From an uncultured Acetatifactor sp. (GTDB lineage: Bacteria > Bacillota > Clostridia > Lachnospirales > Lachnospiraceae): 64,000 nt of DNA. The notes beneath the pieces are model-generated. The model was not told the origin of the DNA and did no database searches. It saw only the letters and a list, made by a program, of their open reading frames with translations. The DNA lies in the NCBI GenBank assembly GCA_947586055.1, contig CANPXL010000012.1, forward strand, positions 774 through 64,773, written 5' to 3'. A program made the translations under genes and the position numbers. Shown in pieces: positions 8,850 to 18,333 of the stretch. The first letter of the stretch is position 1. Every line of letters starts with the position of its first letter.

Positions 8850-9569
8850 CTAACCGCTGATGGCCAGCATATCCATGGGATCGATATACACTCCGTCCTT
8901 CATCATCTGATAGCCGAGCCTGTTATTCTCATCGTCGATCAGAAAGAGGGTGCTGCCCTGTCTGACCGTTTCTCCCTGTTTTACCTTGACTTCCCCCTGA
9001 TTCCTGTATATGGTGACATAGCCGTTTCCGTGGTCCACCCAGACATTGTGTCCGTATTCGCTGTCGTCGTTGACCGCGGAGACCGTGCCGCTGGCCGTCG
9101 CCACTACCATGGCTCCGGACGTTGCCAGAAAGATGCACATGGGATCTCCTTCCGGCGCGTTCTCAAACGTGGCGGCTCCCGTCAGAGGAAATTCCGTTGG
9201 TATTGCCTGCTGCTCCAGCTGCTGCGCAAGACTGCTCTCGCTCTCCGTCTTCTGGGTCACCGTATCGCTCAGGATCTGAACCGTATTGTTCAGTTCATCC
9301 ACCTTCGCCTGCAGAGCCGCGTTTTCCTCTTCCAGCGCCTGGATCGTCTCCTGCTGCTGCGCGTTCCGGATCTCGGCCGTTCCGTCCGCCTGCGCGCCGC
9401 GCAGAAAGATGATATATCCCGCCGCCGCGCCCAGAACCACGCTCAGAAGAATCACAAACGCTTCCACCTTCCACGGTCTGATCCGGAACTGTCTTGTACC
9501 GGCATCCGCCGCATCGGACGTAACAATAACTACATGACTGTTTTTGCGCTTATGCTTTCGTCGTGCCAT
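8850..9569 (-). CDS. TM + coiled-coil + M23-fold protein, zinc ligands apparently lost
   Basis: M23-like scaffold (VVATASGTV, YGHNVWVDHGNGYVTIY, VKQGETVRQG, IDPMD) without HxxxD or HxH. Confidence 0.8.
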   Translation of the reverse strand: MARRKHKRKNSHVVIVTSDAADAGTRQFRIRPWKVEAFVILLSVVLGAAAGYIIFLRGAQADGTAEIRNAQQQETIQALEEENAALQAKVDELNNTVQILSDTVTQKTESESSLAQQLEQQAIPTEFPLTGAATFENAPEGDPMCIFLATSGAMVVATASGTVSAVNDDSEYGHNVWVDHGNGYVTIYRNQGEVKVKQGETVRQGSTLFLIDDENNRLGYQMMKDGVYIDPMDMLAISG

Positions 9570-9596
9570 AAAAAGTCACCTCCGGTAAACTTCATC

Positions 9597-9625
9597 ATTT
9601 TACCATAGGTGACTCCCGACAGCAA
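9597..9625 (-). promoter_or_regulatory. sigma-A promoter of M23-bactofilin operon
   Basis: TTGCTG-17 bp-TAAAAT with TG extension. Confidence 0.6.
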
Positions 9626-9717
9626 TGCAAATTTAATATTTTTGTAACATTTACCGAAGAAACTTCCTGCCGCATGTACAATATGTAAAAATATAACGCA
9701 TGTTATTTGTGCAAAAT

Positions 9718-10518
9718 CTACAATTCCAGGTCTGTGTTCTCCCCGGATCTGCAGACGGCGAGCACCTTCTCCCATTCCAGCGGGCCGCCAAACAGGTCCA
9801 GCGCGCTGCCCGCGGTGACGTTCAGCCGGCCGCCTCCGAGCTCCTTCAGAAGAAGCAGATCCTCATAGCTGTGGACGCCCCCCGCGTAAGTTACGGGCAG
9901 ACCGTCCCACTGGCCCAGCAGACGGGCCAGTTCCGTCTCGATGCCCCGGGATTGTCCCTCCACGTCCACCGCGTGTACCAGAAATTCGTCGCAGTACTGC
10001 GACAGTTGGTCCAGCAGCCCGGCCGTTACCTGTTCGCCGGTGATATGCTGCCACCGGTCCGTCACCACCATATAGCCTCGCTTTGTTTTTCTGCAGCTTA
10101 AATCAAGAACCAGCCGTTTTCTGCCGACCGCCCTGCTCATCCGTTCCAGCCGGTCGTACCGGATCTTTCCCTCCCGGAACACATAAGAGGTGACGATCAC
10201 ATGGCTCGCGCCCGACTCCAGAAACAGCGACGCGTTTTCCGGCGTGATTCCGCCTCCGATCTGAAGGCCCCCGGGGTATTCTCCAAGCGCTCCCAGCGCC
10301 TGCTCCCTGGAAGCTTCGTAAAATTCGCTTCCGGGGGGATTGAGCAGAATAACATGCCCTCCCTTCAGGCCCTCTCTGCGGTACAGCGCCGCAAAAAAAG
10401 CGGCGTCCTGACCGGAGACAAAATTTTCTCTGGCCGCGTTTCCCCCATCCCGCAGACTGCCGCCCACGATCTGTTTTACTTTTCCGTTGTGTATATCGAT
10501 GCAGGGTCTGAACTCCAT
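9718..10518 (-). CDS. hisA: ProFAR isomerase, eukaryote-type (HIS6-like) HisA
   Basis: FRPCIDIHNGKVKQIVGGSL, LQIGGGI, SHVIVTSYVF, EFLVHAVDVEG, VTYAGGV, GSALDLFGG. Confidence 0.88.
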   Translation of the reverse strand: MEFRPCIDIHNGKVKQIVGGSLRDGGNAARENFVSGQDAAFFAALYRREGLKGGHVILLNPPGSEFYEASREQALGALGEYPGGLQIGGGITPENASLFLESGASHVIVTSYVFREGKIRYDRLERMSRAVGRKRLVLDLSCRKTKRGYMVVTDRWQHITGEQVTAGLLDQLSQYCDEFLVHAVDVEGQSRGIETELARLLGQWDGLPVTYAGGVHSYEDLLLLKELGGGRLNVTAGSALDLFGGPLEWEKVLAVCRSGENTDLEL

Positions 10519-10563
10519 ACCTTCCCCTTTTCCTTTCGGCAGACCGCGCTTCCGGCTCCCGCC

Positions 10564-11142
10564 CTACACGCGCGGGCCTTCGTCCGGTCCGTCCGGCGTC
10601 TTTTCATCCGCGGGACGCGCCTTGCCGCGCCTGCCGAAAAACAGCCAAAAGAGCAGAAAACCCACGACGGTGCCCAGAAGATTCGTCAGGATATCGTCTA
10701 TCTGGAAATACCCTCTTCCCGTTATCTTCTGCAGCCACTCCACCGCGACGCTGGTCGCCGCCCCGAACAGGGCGCACCCAAAGAATCCGCCGGCCCAGGG
10801 AAGCGCCCACGCGCTCAGAAAGCCGTACGGTATGAATAACAGCACATTTTCCACCACAAACGCATTATTTCTGTCGTTGATCCCCCAGGTGGAAAACAGT
10901 TCCAGATCCGCCGCGCCCACTCTGCTCCCGCTCTCTCTCGAAAAAAAGGTGATTACAAGCAGTATGGCAAGATACAGCGTATAAAGCGCCGCCGGTATGC
11001 CGGACGCCGGTCCTTTTTTCTTTCCCGGGCCGCCTCTGCCGAGGATCCATAGGAGCAGCAGAGCGGCAGGCACTCCCAGGGCAAGGCTGTAGGGAAGGTA
11101 CTCCATCGTGGAGACCATGTCCCTGTATAGATATTTCACCAT
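10564..11142 (-). CDS. VanZ family membrane protein
   Basis: VENVLLFIPYG...VEWLQ...GYFQIDDILTNLLG; start moved to ATG 11142. Confidence 0.85.
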   Translation of the reverse strand: MVKYLYRDMVSTMEYLPYSLALGVPAALLLLWILGRGGPGKKKGPASGIPAALYTLYLAILLVITFFSRESGSRVGAADLELFSTWGINDRNNAFVVENVLLFIPYGFLSAWALPWAGGFFGCALFGAATSVAVEWLQKITGRGYFQIDDILTNLLGTVVGFLLFWLFFGRRGKARPADEKTPDGPDEGPRV

Positions 11143-11191
11143 ATTCCATCTCTCCGGTAACAATCCGTTCCGGACAGGCAAAAGAAAACGT

Positions 11192-11494
11192 TTACCGGTA
11201 ACTGTCCCAGCGGCTTCCGGCTTTCTCCCATCTGTCCTTCTCTTCAAACAATCTGTCGTTCATCCACGCGACGGCATCCGCCACGCCGTCCTCGTCAAAG
11301 GAAAATTCCGCGTGCTCCTTCTCTTCGGGGGGCGTGGTGACAAAGTTGAACGGCTCCGGCCATACCGTAACCCTGAGTTTTTTCCCCTCGTCTGCGGGAA
11401 CGCCCTCAAGACGGTATCTCATCCCCTGATGGCTGCCGGTAAACTCCGTCTTTTTCAGATATTCCATGGATAGGATGTCTTGTCGCTGAATCAT
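11192..11494 (-). CDS. conserved hypothetical protein
   Basis: Typical composition (FTGSHQGMRYRL, VWPEPFNF); in line with neighbouring minus-strand genes. Confidence 0.7.
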   Translation of the reverse strand: MIQRQDILSMEYLKKTEFTGSHQGMRYRLEGVPADEGKKLRVTVWPEPFNFVTTPPEEKEHAEFSFDEDGVADAVAWMNDRLFEEKDRWEKAGSRWDSYR

Positions 11495-11611
11495 TTATGT
11501 ATACTCCGCAATACTGTCGTTCGTTTTTCATCCAGAGCCGCTTTGTCCGCGCCGCTGCCCGCATGGTTCTGAGGCGCTCCCGCCGCAAGCCGCACGCGTC
11601 GCTCATACAGA

Positions 11612-11641
11612 CACAGGGCGTTTGTCGAGAAACGCCCTGTG
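11612..11641. terminator. hairpin downstream of sigE
   Basis: 12-bp perfect stem CACAGGGCGTTT / AAACGCCCTGTG with 6-nt loop; weak U tract. Confidence 0.5.
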
Positions 11642-11676
11642 ATAAGTATACCTCATATCTGCCCTCTTTGCCAAGC

Positions 11677-12414
11677 CTAAATATAGCTGCTCATCTCTTT
11701 TTTCAGCTGACGCATGATCTTTTTCTCCAGTCTGGATATGTAAGATTGGGAAATCCCCATCAGGGACGCCACTTCCTTCTGGGTCATCTCCTGTCCGTCC
11801 GGCGTGCCCAGCCCGAATCTCAGCCTGATGATCGTCTTTTCCCTGTCGGACAGCTTGCTTATCGCCCTCATCAGAAGTTTTCTTTCCGCTTCGTTTTCAA
11901 TATTTCTGTAGATCACATCCTCGTCCGTCCCCAGAATGTCCGACAGAAGCAGTTCGTTTCCGTCCCAGTCCACATTCAGCGGCTCGTCGATGGAAACCTC
12001 CAGCCTCGTCTTATTGTTCCGCCGAAGATACATCAGGATCTCGTTTTCTATGCACCGGGACGCGTACGTGGCAAGCTTGATGTTTTTTTCCGGATTAAAC
12101 GTGTTGATCGATTTGATCAGCCCGATCGTCCCGATGGAGATCAGATCCTCCACGCCCACGCCGGTATTGTCAAACTTCTTTGCGATATAGACCACAAGTC
12201 TCAGATTATGCTCGATGAGAATCGCTTTTGCCTCCGCGTCGATCTCCGTCCCGAGATCGCTTATGACCTGACTCTCCTTTTCAACCTCCAAAGGCGGCGG
12301 GAGCACCTCCGCCCCTCCTATGTAATGAATCTCTCCCCTTTTATGCAGCAGAAGGTTTTCCCTGCGTATCATCTTAAACTGCATTCTTCCCGGTAGTGCC
12401 ACTTTCAGTATCAT
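11677..12414 (-). CDS. sigE: sporulation sigma factor pro-sigma-E
   Basis: [65 protein letters not shown]; start at ATG 12414. Confidence 0.96.
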   Translation of the reverse strand: MILKVALPGRMQFKMIRRENLLLHKRGEIHYIGGAEVLPPPLEVEKESQVISDLGTEIDAEAKAILIEHNLRLVVYIAKKFDNTGVGVEDLISIGTIGLIKSINTFNPEKNIKLATYASRCIENEILMYLRRNNKTRLEVSIDEPLNVDWDGNELLLSDILGTDEDVIYRNIENEAERKLLMRAISKLSDREKTIIRLRFGLGTPDGQEMTQKEVASLMGISQSYISRLEKKIMRQLKKEMSSYI

Positions 12415-13264
12415 AGGTCCTCTCATTCTGCCGTTTATCCGGCCTTTCCTTTTTCCGCTCTTCAAAGAGCGCAGGATTGATTATCATTTTTACGGATTCC
12501 GCCTCCGCGTCTTCAGATTCGCTGATTCCCTGGGGGCTGGCCGCGATCCAGACCCGGGAAAAGCTTCTGACAATGCCGTCTGTCTCCACAAGGAGTTCGG
12601 GAAGCAGATAGCCTTCCAGAATCCCCCGGCTCTTTCCGATGCTGTGATAGGGAACGATCCGGCAGCCTTCCGGAAGCTTTCCCTTCAGACTGTCCAGCAC
12701 GCTCTCCGACACAATACAGACCGGCCGGCCGCTGACAGGTTCCGTCAGCGTATTTCCGGAATCGATCAGTCCCGTCACCTCGAGACGCATTTCCCGGCAC
12801 AACAGCACCGCTCTGCACAGACTCTCCTTCTGGATGTTCCCCGAGCCGCGCCTTCGCAGAAAGAGAAAACAGATCCCGCCCACGCCCAGGATTCCGAATA
12901 CGCCCGTCAGGGCTCTTCTCAGTCCCGGCACGGCGCGGATCAGGAAAAGCAGCGCTCCGCCCATACAGAAAGAATAAAGGATAAGTTTTTCTAACAGCTT
13001 CCAAAACATTCTGAAGCTCTTCACGGGAAACGCCGTCAGAAGCATTCCAACGGTTCCCACCGCGATCCCCGCTCCCATTTTCAGGAAAACGGCCCCCGGC
13101 AGCAGATACGGCAGCAGCCCGCCAATTCCCCCAAGCGCGGCTCCCAGAAGCAGCCTTCCCGGCGTGGCAGTGCGGAAAGAGCTGCGGTTTACCAACAGCA
13201 AAAGGTAAAGGTCCATCACAAAATTGACCAGAAACAGACTGTCTGCATAAAGTTCATACTGCAT
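12374..13264 (-). CDS. spoIIGA: sigma-E processing peptidase SpoIIGA
   Basis: [14 protein letters not shown]-terminus, multiple TMs, aspartyl motif [14 protein letters not shown]; immediately upstream of sigE. Confidence 0.92.
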   Translation of the reverse strand: MQYELYADSLFLVNFVMDLYLLLLVNRSSFRTATPGRLLLGAALGGIGGLLPYLLPGAVFLKMGAGIAVGTVGMLLTAFPVKSFRMFWKLLEKLILYSFCMGGALLFLIRAVPGLRRALTGVFGILGVGGICFLFLRRRGSGNIQKESLCRAVLLCREMRLEVTGLIDSGNTLTEPVSGRPVCIVSESVLDSLKGKLPEGCRIVPYHSIGKSRGILEGYLLPELLVETDGIVRSFSRVWIAASPQGISESEDAEAESVKMIINPALFEERKKERPDKRQNERTYDTESGTTGKNAV

Positions 13265-13286
13265 CGGCATCATCCTTTTCACAATC

Positions 13287-13352
13287 ATTATAAAGTTCTT
13301 CAGGGATAAAATTTGTCAAAGATGCGGGGAGAATCCGGCGATTTTTTCGACA
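13287..13352 (-). promoter_or_regulatory. Spo0A-dependent spoIIG-type promoter
   Basis: TTGACA (13319-13314)-21 bp-TATAAT (13292-13287); perfect 0A box TGTCGAA at 13346-13352; 6/7 0A box overlapping the -35. Confidence 0.7.
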
Positions 13353-13492
13353 TTTGCTTATGGTTTCCGGCTCTGTCTGCAGACGCCTTCCCAATCCGCC
13401 CATGCCCCTTTGGAACAAGGTCACGCGCGTCACAGAAGGGCGCGCTTTTCGATCCGGAATACCGGTCTGCCAACCGCCGCCACATAGAGAAA

Positions 13493-13515
13493 GCCGGGCG
13501 CTTTCCGCGCCCGGC
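13493..13515 (-). terminator. terminator after ftsZ
   Basis: GCCGGGCG / CGCCCGGC 8-bp stem followed by TTTCTC on the minus strand. Confidence 0.55.
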
Positions 13516-13546
13516 CACAGCTTTTTCTTCTTTATCCTATTTTCTT

Positions 13547-14722
13547 TTATTTTCTCTGCAGGAAATCCGGAATCTTAAGAGATTTCTCTTCCACGGAACT
13601 TCTGATATCCACAGGCTTCTGGATGCCCGGGACCGGTCTCGGCGCCGCAGATCCGCCGCCCTGCTGCCCTGTCTGGGGCTGTATGCCGAGATTCTTGAGA
13701 GAATTCGGCGTAAGATGAGGCGAAGACGGCCGGTAAGAAGAGCCGGTTCCGATTCTGGACGTCGCGGCGGGCGCCTCTTCAAGTCCGGTAGCGATCACCG
13801 TGATGGAGCAGGTGTCGGATTTGGAAGCGTCGTACATTGCGCCGAAAATAATGTTCACATCCTCGCCCGCAAGATTCTGTACATAACTTACGGCGTCGTT
13901 CGCATCCGCCAGCGTAATGTCGCCGGACACATTTATGATCACATGGCTCGCGCCCGTGATGGTCGTCTCCAGCAGCGGGCTCTCCACAGCCATCTTTACG
14001 GCGTCCATGGCCTTCTCGTCGCCCTTGCCTTCGCCGATGCCGATATGCGCAATGCCCTTCTCCGTCATCACGGTCTGTACGTCCGCAAAGTCCAGATTGA
14101 TGATGGCGGGCACATTGATCAGGTCGGTAATGCCCTGAACCGCCTGCTGAAGCACTTCATCCGCTTTCTTAAGCGCTTCCGGCATGGTGGTGCGCCTGTC
14201 CACAATCTCGAGAAGCTTGTCGTTGGGAATCACGATCAGGGTATCCACATGCTGCTTAATGCGCTCGATGCCGTTGAGCGCGTTTGTCATACGGGTTTTG
14301 GCTTCAAACCGGAAAGGCTTTGTCACAACGCCCACCGTGAGGATCCCCATCTCTTTTGCAAGTCTTGCCACAACGGGAGCCGCTCCCGTTCCGGTTCCGC
14401 CGCCCATGCCGCAGGTGACGAACACCATATCCGCTCCCTTGAGAGCCGCCGCGATCTCTTCCGCGCTTTCCTCCGCCGCCTTCTCTCCCACGTCGGGCTT
14501 TGCGCCGGCCCCAAGTCCCTTGGTCAGCTTCTCTCCGATCTGCAGCAGCCTGGGAGCCTTGCACAGCTGCAGGGCCTGCTTGTCCGTGTTTACCCCGATA
14601 AAATCCACTCCGTCGATCTGTTCATCTATCATTCTATTGACAGCATTGTTACCTGCACCGCCTACGCCGACCACGATGATCCTGGCTGCAGATTCAGCGT
14701 CATTCGTCTTAATCTCAAGCAA
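13547..14722 (-). CDS. ftsZ: cell division protein FtsZ
   Basis: [10 protein letters not shown], tubulin signature [18 protein letters not shown]-terminal peptide KIPDFL. Confidence 0.98.
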   Translation of the reverse strand: MLEIKTNDAESAARIIVVGVGGAGNNAVNRMIDEQIDGVDFIGVNTDKQALQLCKAPRLLQIGEKLTKGLGAGAKPDVGEKAAEESAEEIAAALKGADMVFVTCGMGGGTGTGAAPVVARLAKEMGILTVGVVTKPFRFEAKTRMTNALNGIERIKQHVDTLIVIPNDKLLEIVDRRTTMPEALKKADEVLQQAVQGITDLINVPAIINLDFADVQTVMTEKGIAHIGIGEGKGDEKAMDAVKMAVESPLLETTITGASHVIINVSGDITLADANDAVSYVQNLAGEDVNIIFGAMYDASKSDTCSITVIATGLEEAPAATSRIGTGSSYRPSSPHLTPNSLKNLGIQPQTGQQGGGSAAPRPVPGIQKPVDIRSSVEEKSLKIPDFLQRK

Positions 14723-14830
14723 GAGTCCGTCCTCCTTTTAAAAGCAAAGCTTACAAAACTTCATATAGACTATCATACAATTTTTTCACAAATTAATCAA
14801 CATGTTTTTGTTTTTATTTTCTGTTCCACA

Positions 14831-15073
14831 TCAGTTCAGCCGGCAGTCGTATTCATCGAAAAATCATGCTTGCATGAATTTTTCGATGAATACGACTGCC
14901 GAGGGAGCGCCATTCCATGAGCAAAGGCAGGCGCGAAGCGCCGAATAGCGCGCCAGCGCGGCTTTGCGAATGGCGCGAGCTGAACTGATCCGTCCCATGG
15001 CAAAGGAAGGCGCGTAGCGCCGAATCGCGCGCCAGCGCGGCTTTGCGAATGGCGCGTGCTGAACTGGTCCGTT
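14831..15073. repeat. composite palindromic intergenic element (REP/BIME-like)
   Basis: 23-bp perfect inverted repeat 14841-14863/14879-14901; two tandem ~80-bp units (14915-14994, 14995-15073; 6 substitutions + 1 indel); TCAGTTCAGC (14831-14840) is inverted at 14979-14988. Confidence 0.85.
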
Positions 15074-15085
15074 CGATATAACGAT

Positions 15086-15814
15086 TTAATCCGGCTGAAA
15101 GGTATATCGTCCGCCGCTCTCCTCATAAGTTTCCATCTGAAGCGTTCCGCTCATCCCCTCCAGATTCGGCAGAAGTTCGGGGAGAAGCATAAGCTTGTCC
15201 TCCAGCGTCCCGCTGTCGTTTCCCAGCGCGACCTTCACGTTCTCGAAAAACAGCGTGACATTTCCGGAAGGCTGAAAATGAATTTTATCCACGTTCAGTT
15301 CATACTTCCTGAGAAGCTTTGTGAGATTCAGAATGCTGGAAAACACCTTCGGATCTTTCACGGGAAGGGCTTCTCCCACCGCCATGTGGTCGAAGGAGAG
15401 CCCCGTGATCTCCGGGACGCCGGCGGTTCTTACGCTGGAGCTCTCCACCACATAGCCGTCCTTGTCAAAATACAGATAGGTGCCCAGATACTTCACATAT
15501 CCCGTCAGCGCCTTCTCGTACACCGTGATCCTCACCGTGTCGGGCGCGAGAATGGTGACGTCCATCACATCCACGAACGGCACGCCCTCTATGCCCCTGT
15601 TTCGGTACTTGGCGGAGAGATAAAGCGAATTGTTTCCGAGGGGGCCGTCCATGACGATGGCTTTGATCTCATCCTCCGTATAATGTACATTCCCCTCCAC
15701 ATATACTGTATTGACGGTATATCTGGAGATTACATAGCCCCCCGCTCCCAGCGCCGCTGCCAGGATCAGACAGACAACAAGTATGATAATTTTTATCCTG
15801 CTTCCCTTACGCAC
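15086..15814 (-). CDS. cell division protein DivIB/FtsQ-like
   Basis: N-terminal TM, POTRA-like VYVEGNVHYT, position between murA and ftsZ. Confidence 0.8.
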   Translation of the reverse strand: MRKGSRIKIIILVVCLILAAALGAGGYVISRYTVNTVYVEGNVHYTEDEIKAIVMDGPLGNNSLYLSAKYRNRGIEGVPFVDVMDVTILAPDTVRITVYEKALTGYVKYLGTYLYFDKDGYVVESSSVRTAGVPEITGLSFDHMAVGEALPVKDPKVFSSILNLTKLLRKYELNVDKIHFQPSGNVTLFFENVKVALGNDSGTLEDKLMLLPELLPNLEGMSGTLQMETYEESGGRYTFQPD

Positions 15815-17060
15815 CCGTTATCCGCGCTCCTAACTCTCTGAAATCCCGGCAGATATTTTCGTATCCGCGGTAGATATACCTGCACCCGGTCACAGTGGTC
15901 TCGCCCCGGGCCATAAGACCCGCCACCACCAGCGCCGCGCCGCCGCGCAGTTCCCTTGCTTCCACGGGAACGCCCCGGATGGAATCCACGCCGTGTATCA
16001 GGACCGTATCCGGCTCCCGGACCTCTATCCGGGCCCCCATCCTGCGCAGCTCTTCCACCACCCGGAAGCGGTTTTCAAAAATCGTTTCCCGGATCATGAC
16101 GTCTCCGTCCGCCCGAACGGCGGCCGCCAGCGCCACCGACTGCAGATCCGTGGGAAAACCGGGGTAGGTCTCCGTCCGGATGCATTCCACGGCCCGGGGC
16201 CTGTCGGGAGCCTGTACATAAACGCCCTCCCGGGAGATACAGATCTTTCCTCCCATATGCTCCGCCAGCTCCAGCGCCGACTTCATCTCTTCCCACGGGG
16301 CGTCCTCCAGAAGCACGCTGCCCCCCGTGCCGATGCAGCCGAACAGATACGTCCCCGCCACAATTCTGTCCGCCGGAACCGTAAATTCCGCGCCGGAAAG
16401 CTCTCTGCCGCCCCGGATCAGAAGCCTGCCGGTTCCGATCCCCTCGATCCCGGCGCCGCAGCCTTTCAGGTATCTGCACAGCGCGGCGATCTCCGGCTCC
16501 AGCGCCGCGCCCTCCAGAACCGTGTCGCCCCGGGCCAGAACCGCGGCGAGGATCACGTTCTCCGTGGCTCCCACGCTGGGAAACGGCAGACGGATCTCTG
16601 CGCCGTTTAGTCTGTCCGCGGACGCCAGAAGCCTGCCCTCTTCCTCCCGGAATTCCACCCCCATCTGCCGCAGCGCTCCCAAATGCAGATCAATGGGCCT
16701 TTTCCCGATCACGCAGCCGCCGGGATGCTCCATGACAGCGCTGCCGCATCTGCCCACAAGAGCTCCCAGCAGACAAAGGGACGAGCGCATGCCCGTTGCC
16801 GCCTCCGTTCCGATCTCTCTGCAGTCCACACGGGAAGCGTCCACATACAGCCCTTCCCCCTGCCAGCTCACCCTGCAGCCGATGTTCTTCAGCAGACTGA
16901 TCATCGCAAACACGTCCGTAATTCTGGGACAGTTTCTGATAAAGGAACTGCCTCCGGCCAAAAGCGTTGCCGCCAGAACCGGCAGCGCGGCGTTTTTTGA
17001 GCCCTGTATCCGGACTTTCCCCTGTAACGGCACTCCGCCCTGAATCTGAATAGAATCCAT
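15807..17060 (-). CDS. murA: UDP-N-acetylglucosamine 1-carboxyvinyltransferase
   Basis: GSKNAALP, catalytic-Cys loop PGGCVIGKRPIDLH, SVGATEN, YPGFPTDLQ, YRGYE. Confidence 0.93.
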   Translation of the reverse strand: MDSIQIQGGVPLQGKVRIQGSKNAALPVLAATLLAGGSSFIRNCPRITDVFAMISLLKNIGCRVSWQGEGLYVDASRVDCREIGTEAATGMRSSLCLLGALVGRCGSAVMEHPGGCVIGKRPIDLHLGALRQMGVEFREEEGRLLASADRLNGAEIRLPFPSVGATENVILAAVLARGDTVLEGAALEPEIAALCRYLKGCGAGIEGIGTGRLLIRGGRELSGAEFTVPADRIVAGTYLFGCIGTGGSVLLEDAPWEEMKSALELAEHMGGKICISREGVYVQAPDRPRAVECIRTETYPGFPTDLQSVALAAAVRADGDVMIRETIFENRFRVVEELRRMGARIEVREPDTVLIHGVDSIRGVPVEARELRGGAALVVAGLMARGETTVTGCRYIYRGYENICRDFRELGARITGA

Positions 17061-17123
17061 ACGTCTCCAACACCATCCGGTATCAAACTGATAGACCTAT
17101 TCTATCCTATGCGGAAGGCACGC

Positions 17124-18287
17124 TTACAGTTCCTTGAGCTGAATCCGCTTCGCCACGCTTAAGACAAGCCCGATCTCCGCCAGCAGAAACATGACGGAGG
17201 AACCCCCGTAGCTGATAAAGGGAAGGGAAATCCCCGTGTTGGGAATGGAGTTCGTCACAACGGCAATGTTCAGGATGGCCTGGATGGCGATATGGCCCAT
17301 GACGCCCACGACCAGCATTGCGCCGAACAGATCCGGCGCGTTGTTTGCGATCACCATCATGCGCCACAGCAGCATAATGAACATCAGGATGATGGCAATG
17401 GCGCCGAACAGGCCCAGTTCCTCACAGATAATGGAAAAGATCATGTCGTTCTGCGCCTCGGGAAGGAAACTCAGCTTCTGCATGCTCTGTCCAAGTCCCT
17501 TGCCCCAGATGCCGCCGCTTCCGATGGCGTACAGCGCCTGCATGGTCTGGAAGCCGACGCCAAGCAGATCGCTCTCCGGATCCAGCCACGCCTGAATGCG
17601 TCCGCCGCGGAACTTCAGAAAATCGCTGCCCGACACCACCAGAAACACCGCCAGCGCGGCCAGTGCCACCACGGCGCCCCCCATGATCAGGAATTTCTTA
17701 TAGTCGGGGCTTGCCACAAACACCATGAGAACCGATATACCGAGGACAATGATGGCGGAGCTTAAGTTATCCGTGATCAGATAAATTTCCAGCGCGATGG
17801 GCAGCGGGAACGCCACCATAAGGAGAAATCCCTTCATGGTCCGCACGTTCTTTCCCATCTTGCAGACCATGGTGGCAAGAAACAGGATCATCCCCAGTTT
17901 CGCCACCTCCGCGGGCTGCAGGTTCAGACCGATGACCGGGACCTCGATCCAGCGCCTTGCCCCGTGGGATTTCACGCCCAGCGGCGTCAGCACCAGGGGG
18001 ATGATGGCCATGGAGACAAGATACCCGGCAAGGTAAAACCGCTCCCAGAAGTGATACGGAATATTCGCCACCGCGATCATGGCCACAAGCCCCAGAATCA
18101 CGGCGACCAGCTGCTTTTTCAGGTAATATGCCTGATCCTGATAGCTCTGGTACGCCTCGTAGGAACTGGCGGAATAGATCATCACCAGCCCGAAGCCCAA
18201 AAGAAACAGCACGATAAACAGCAGGCTGTAGTCAAAAAAATATTCGGATTGTTCTTTTTTTCTTCTCGCTGCGCTCCGCGATGCCAT
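17124..18287 (-). CDS. SEDS peptidoglycan polymerase FtsW/SpoVE
   Basis: GARRWI, QPAEVAK, GSGGIWGKGLGQS, LPEAQNDMIF, LPFISYGGSS. Confidence 0.92.
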   Translation of the reverse strand: MASRSAARRKKEQSEYFFDYSLLFIVLFLLGFGLVMIYSASSYEAYQSYQDQAYYLKKQLVAVILGLVAMIAVANIPYHFWERFYLAGYLVSMAIIPLVLTPLGVKSHGARRWIEVPVIGLNLQPAEVAKLGMILFLATMVCKMGKNVRTMKGFLLMVAFPLPIALEIYLITDNLSSAIIVLGISVLMVFVASPDYKKFLIMGGAVVALAALAVFLVVSGSDFLKFRGGRIQAWLDPESDLLGVGFQTMQALYAIGSGGIWGKGLGQSMQKLSFLPEAQNDMIFSIICEELGLFGAIAIILMFIMLLWRMMVIANNAPDLFGAMLVVGVMGHIAIQAILNIAVVTNSIPNTGISLPFISYGGSSVMFLLAEIGLVLSVAKRIQLKEL

Positions 18288-18333
18288 ATCTGTTCCCTCA
18301 TTTCCGGCTTAAGGCGGCGGTCCCGCCCCTTTC

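Noticed and set aside
11520-11610. GC-rich intergenic stretch downstream of sigE as another repeat-family member or ncRNA
   Set aside because: No shared core with the CAGTTCAGC family and no convincing structure beyond the 11612-11641 hairpin.
14915-15073. Tandem 80-bp repeats as a CRISPR array
   Set aside because: Only two units, no unique spacers, units too long, no cas genes.
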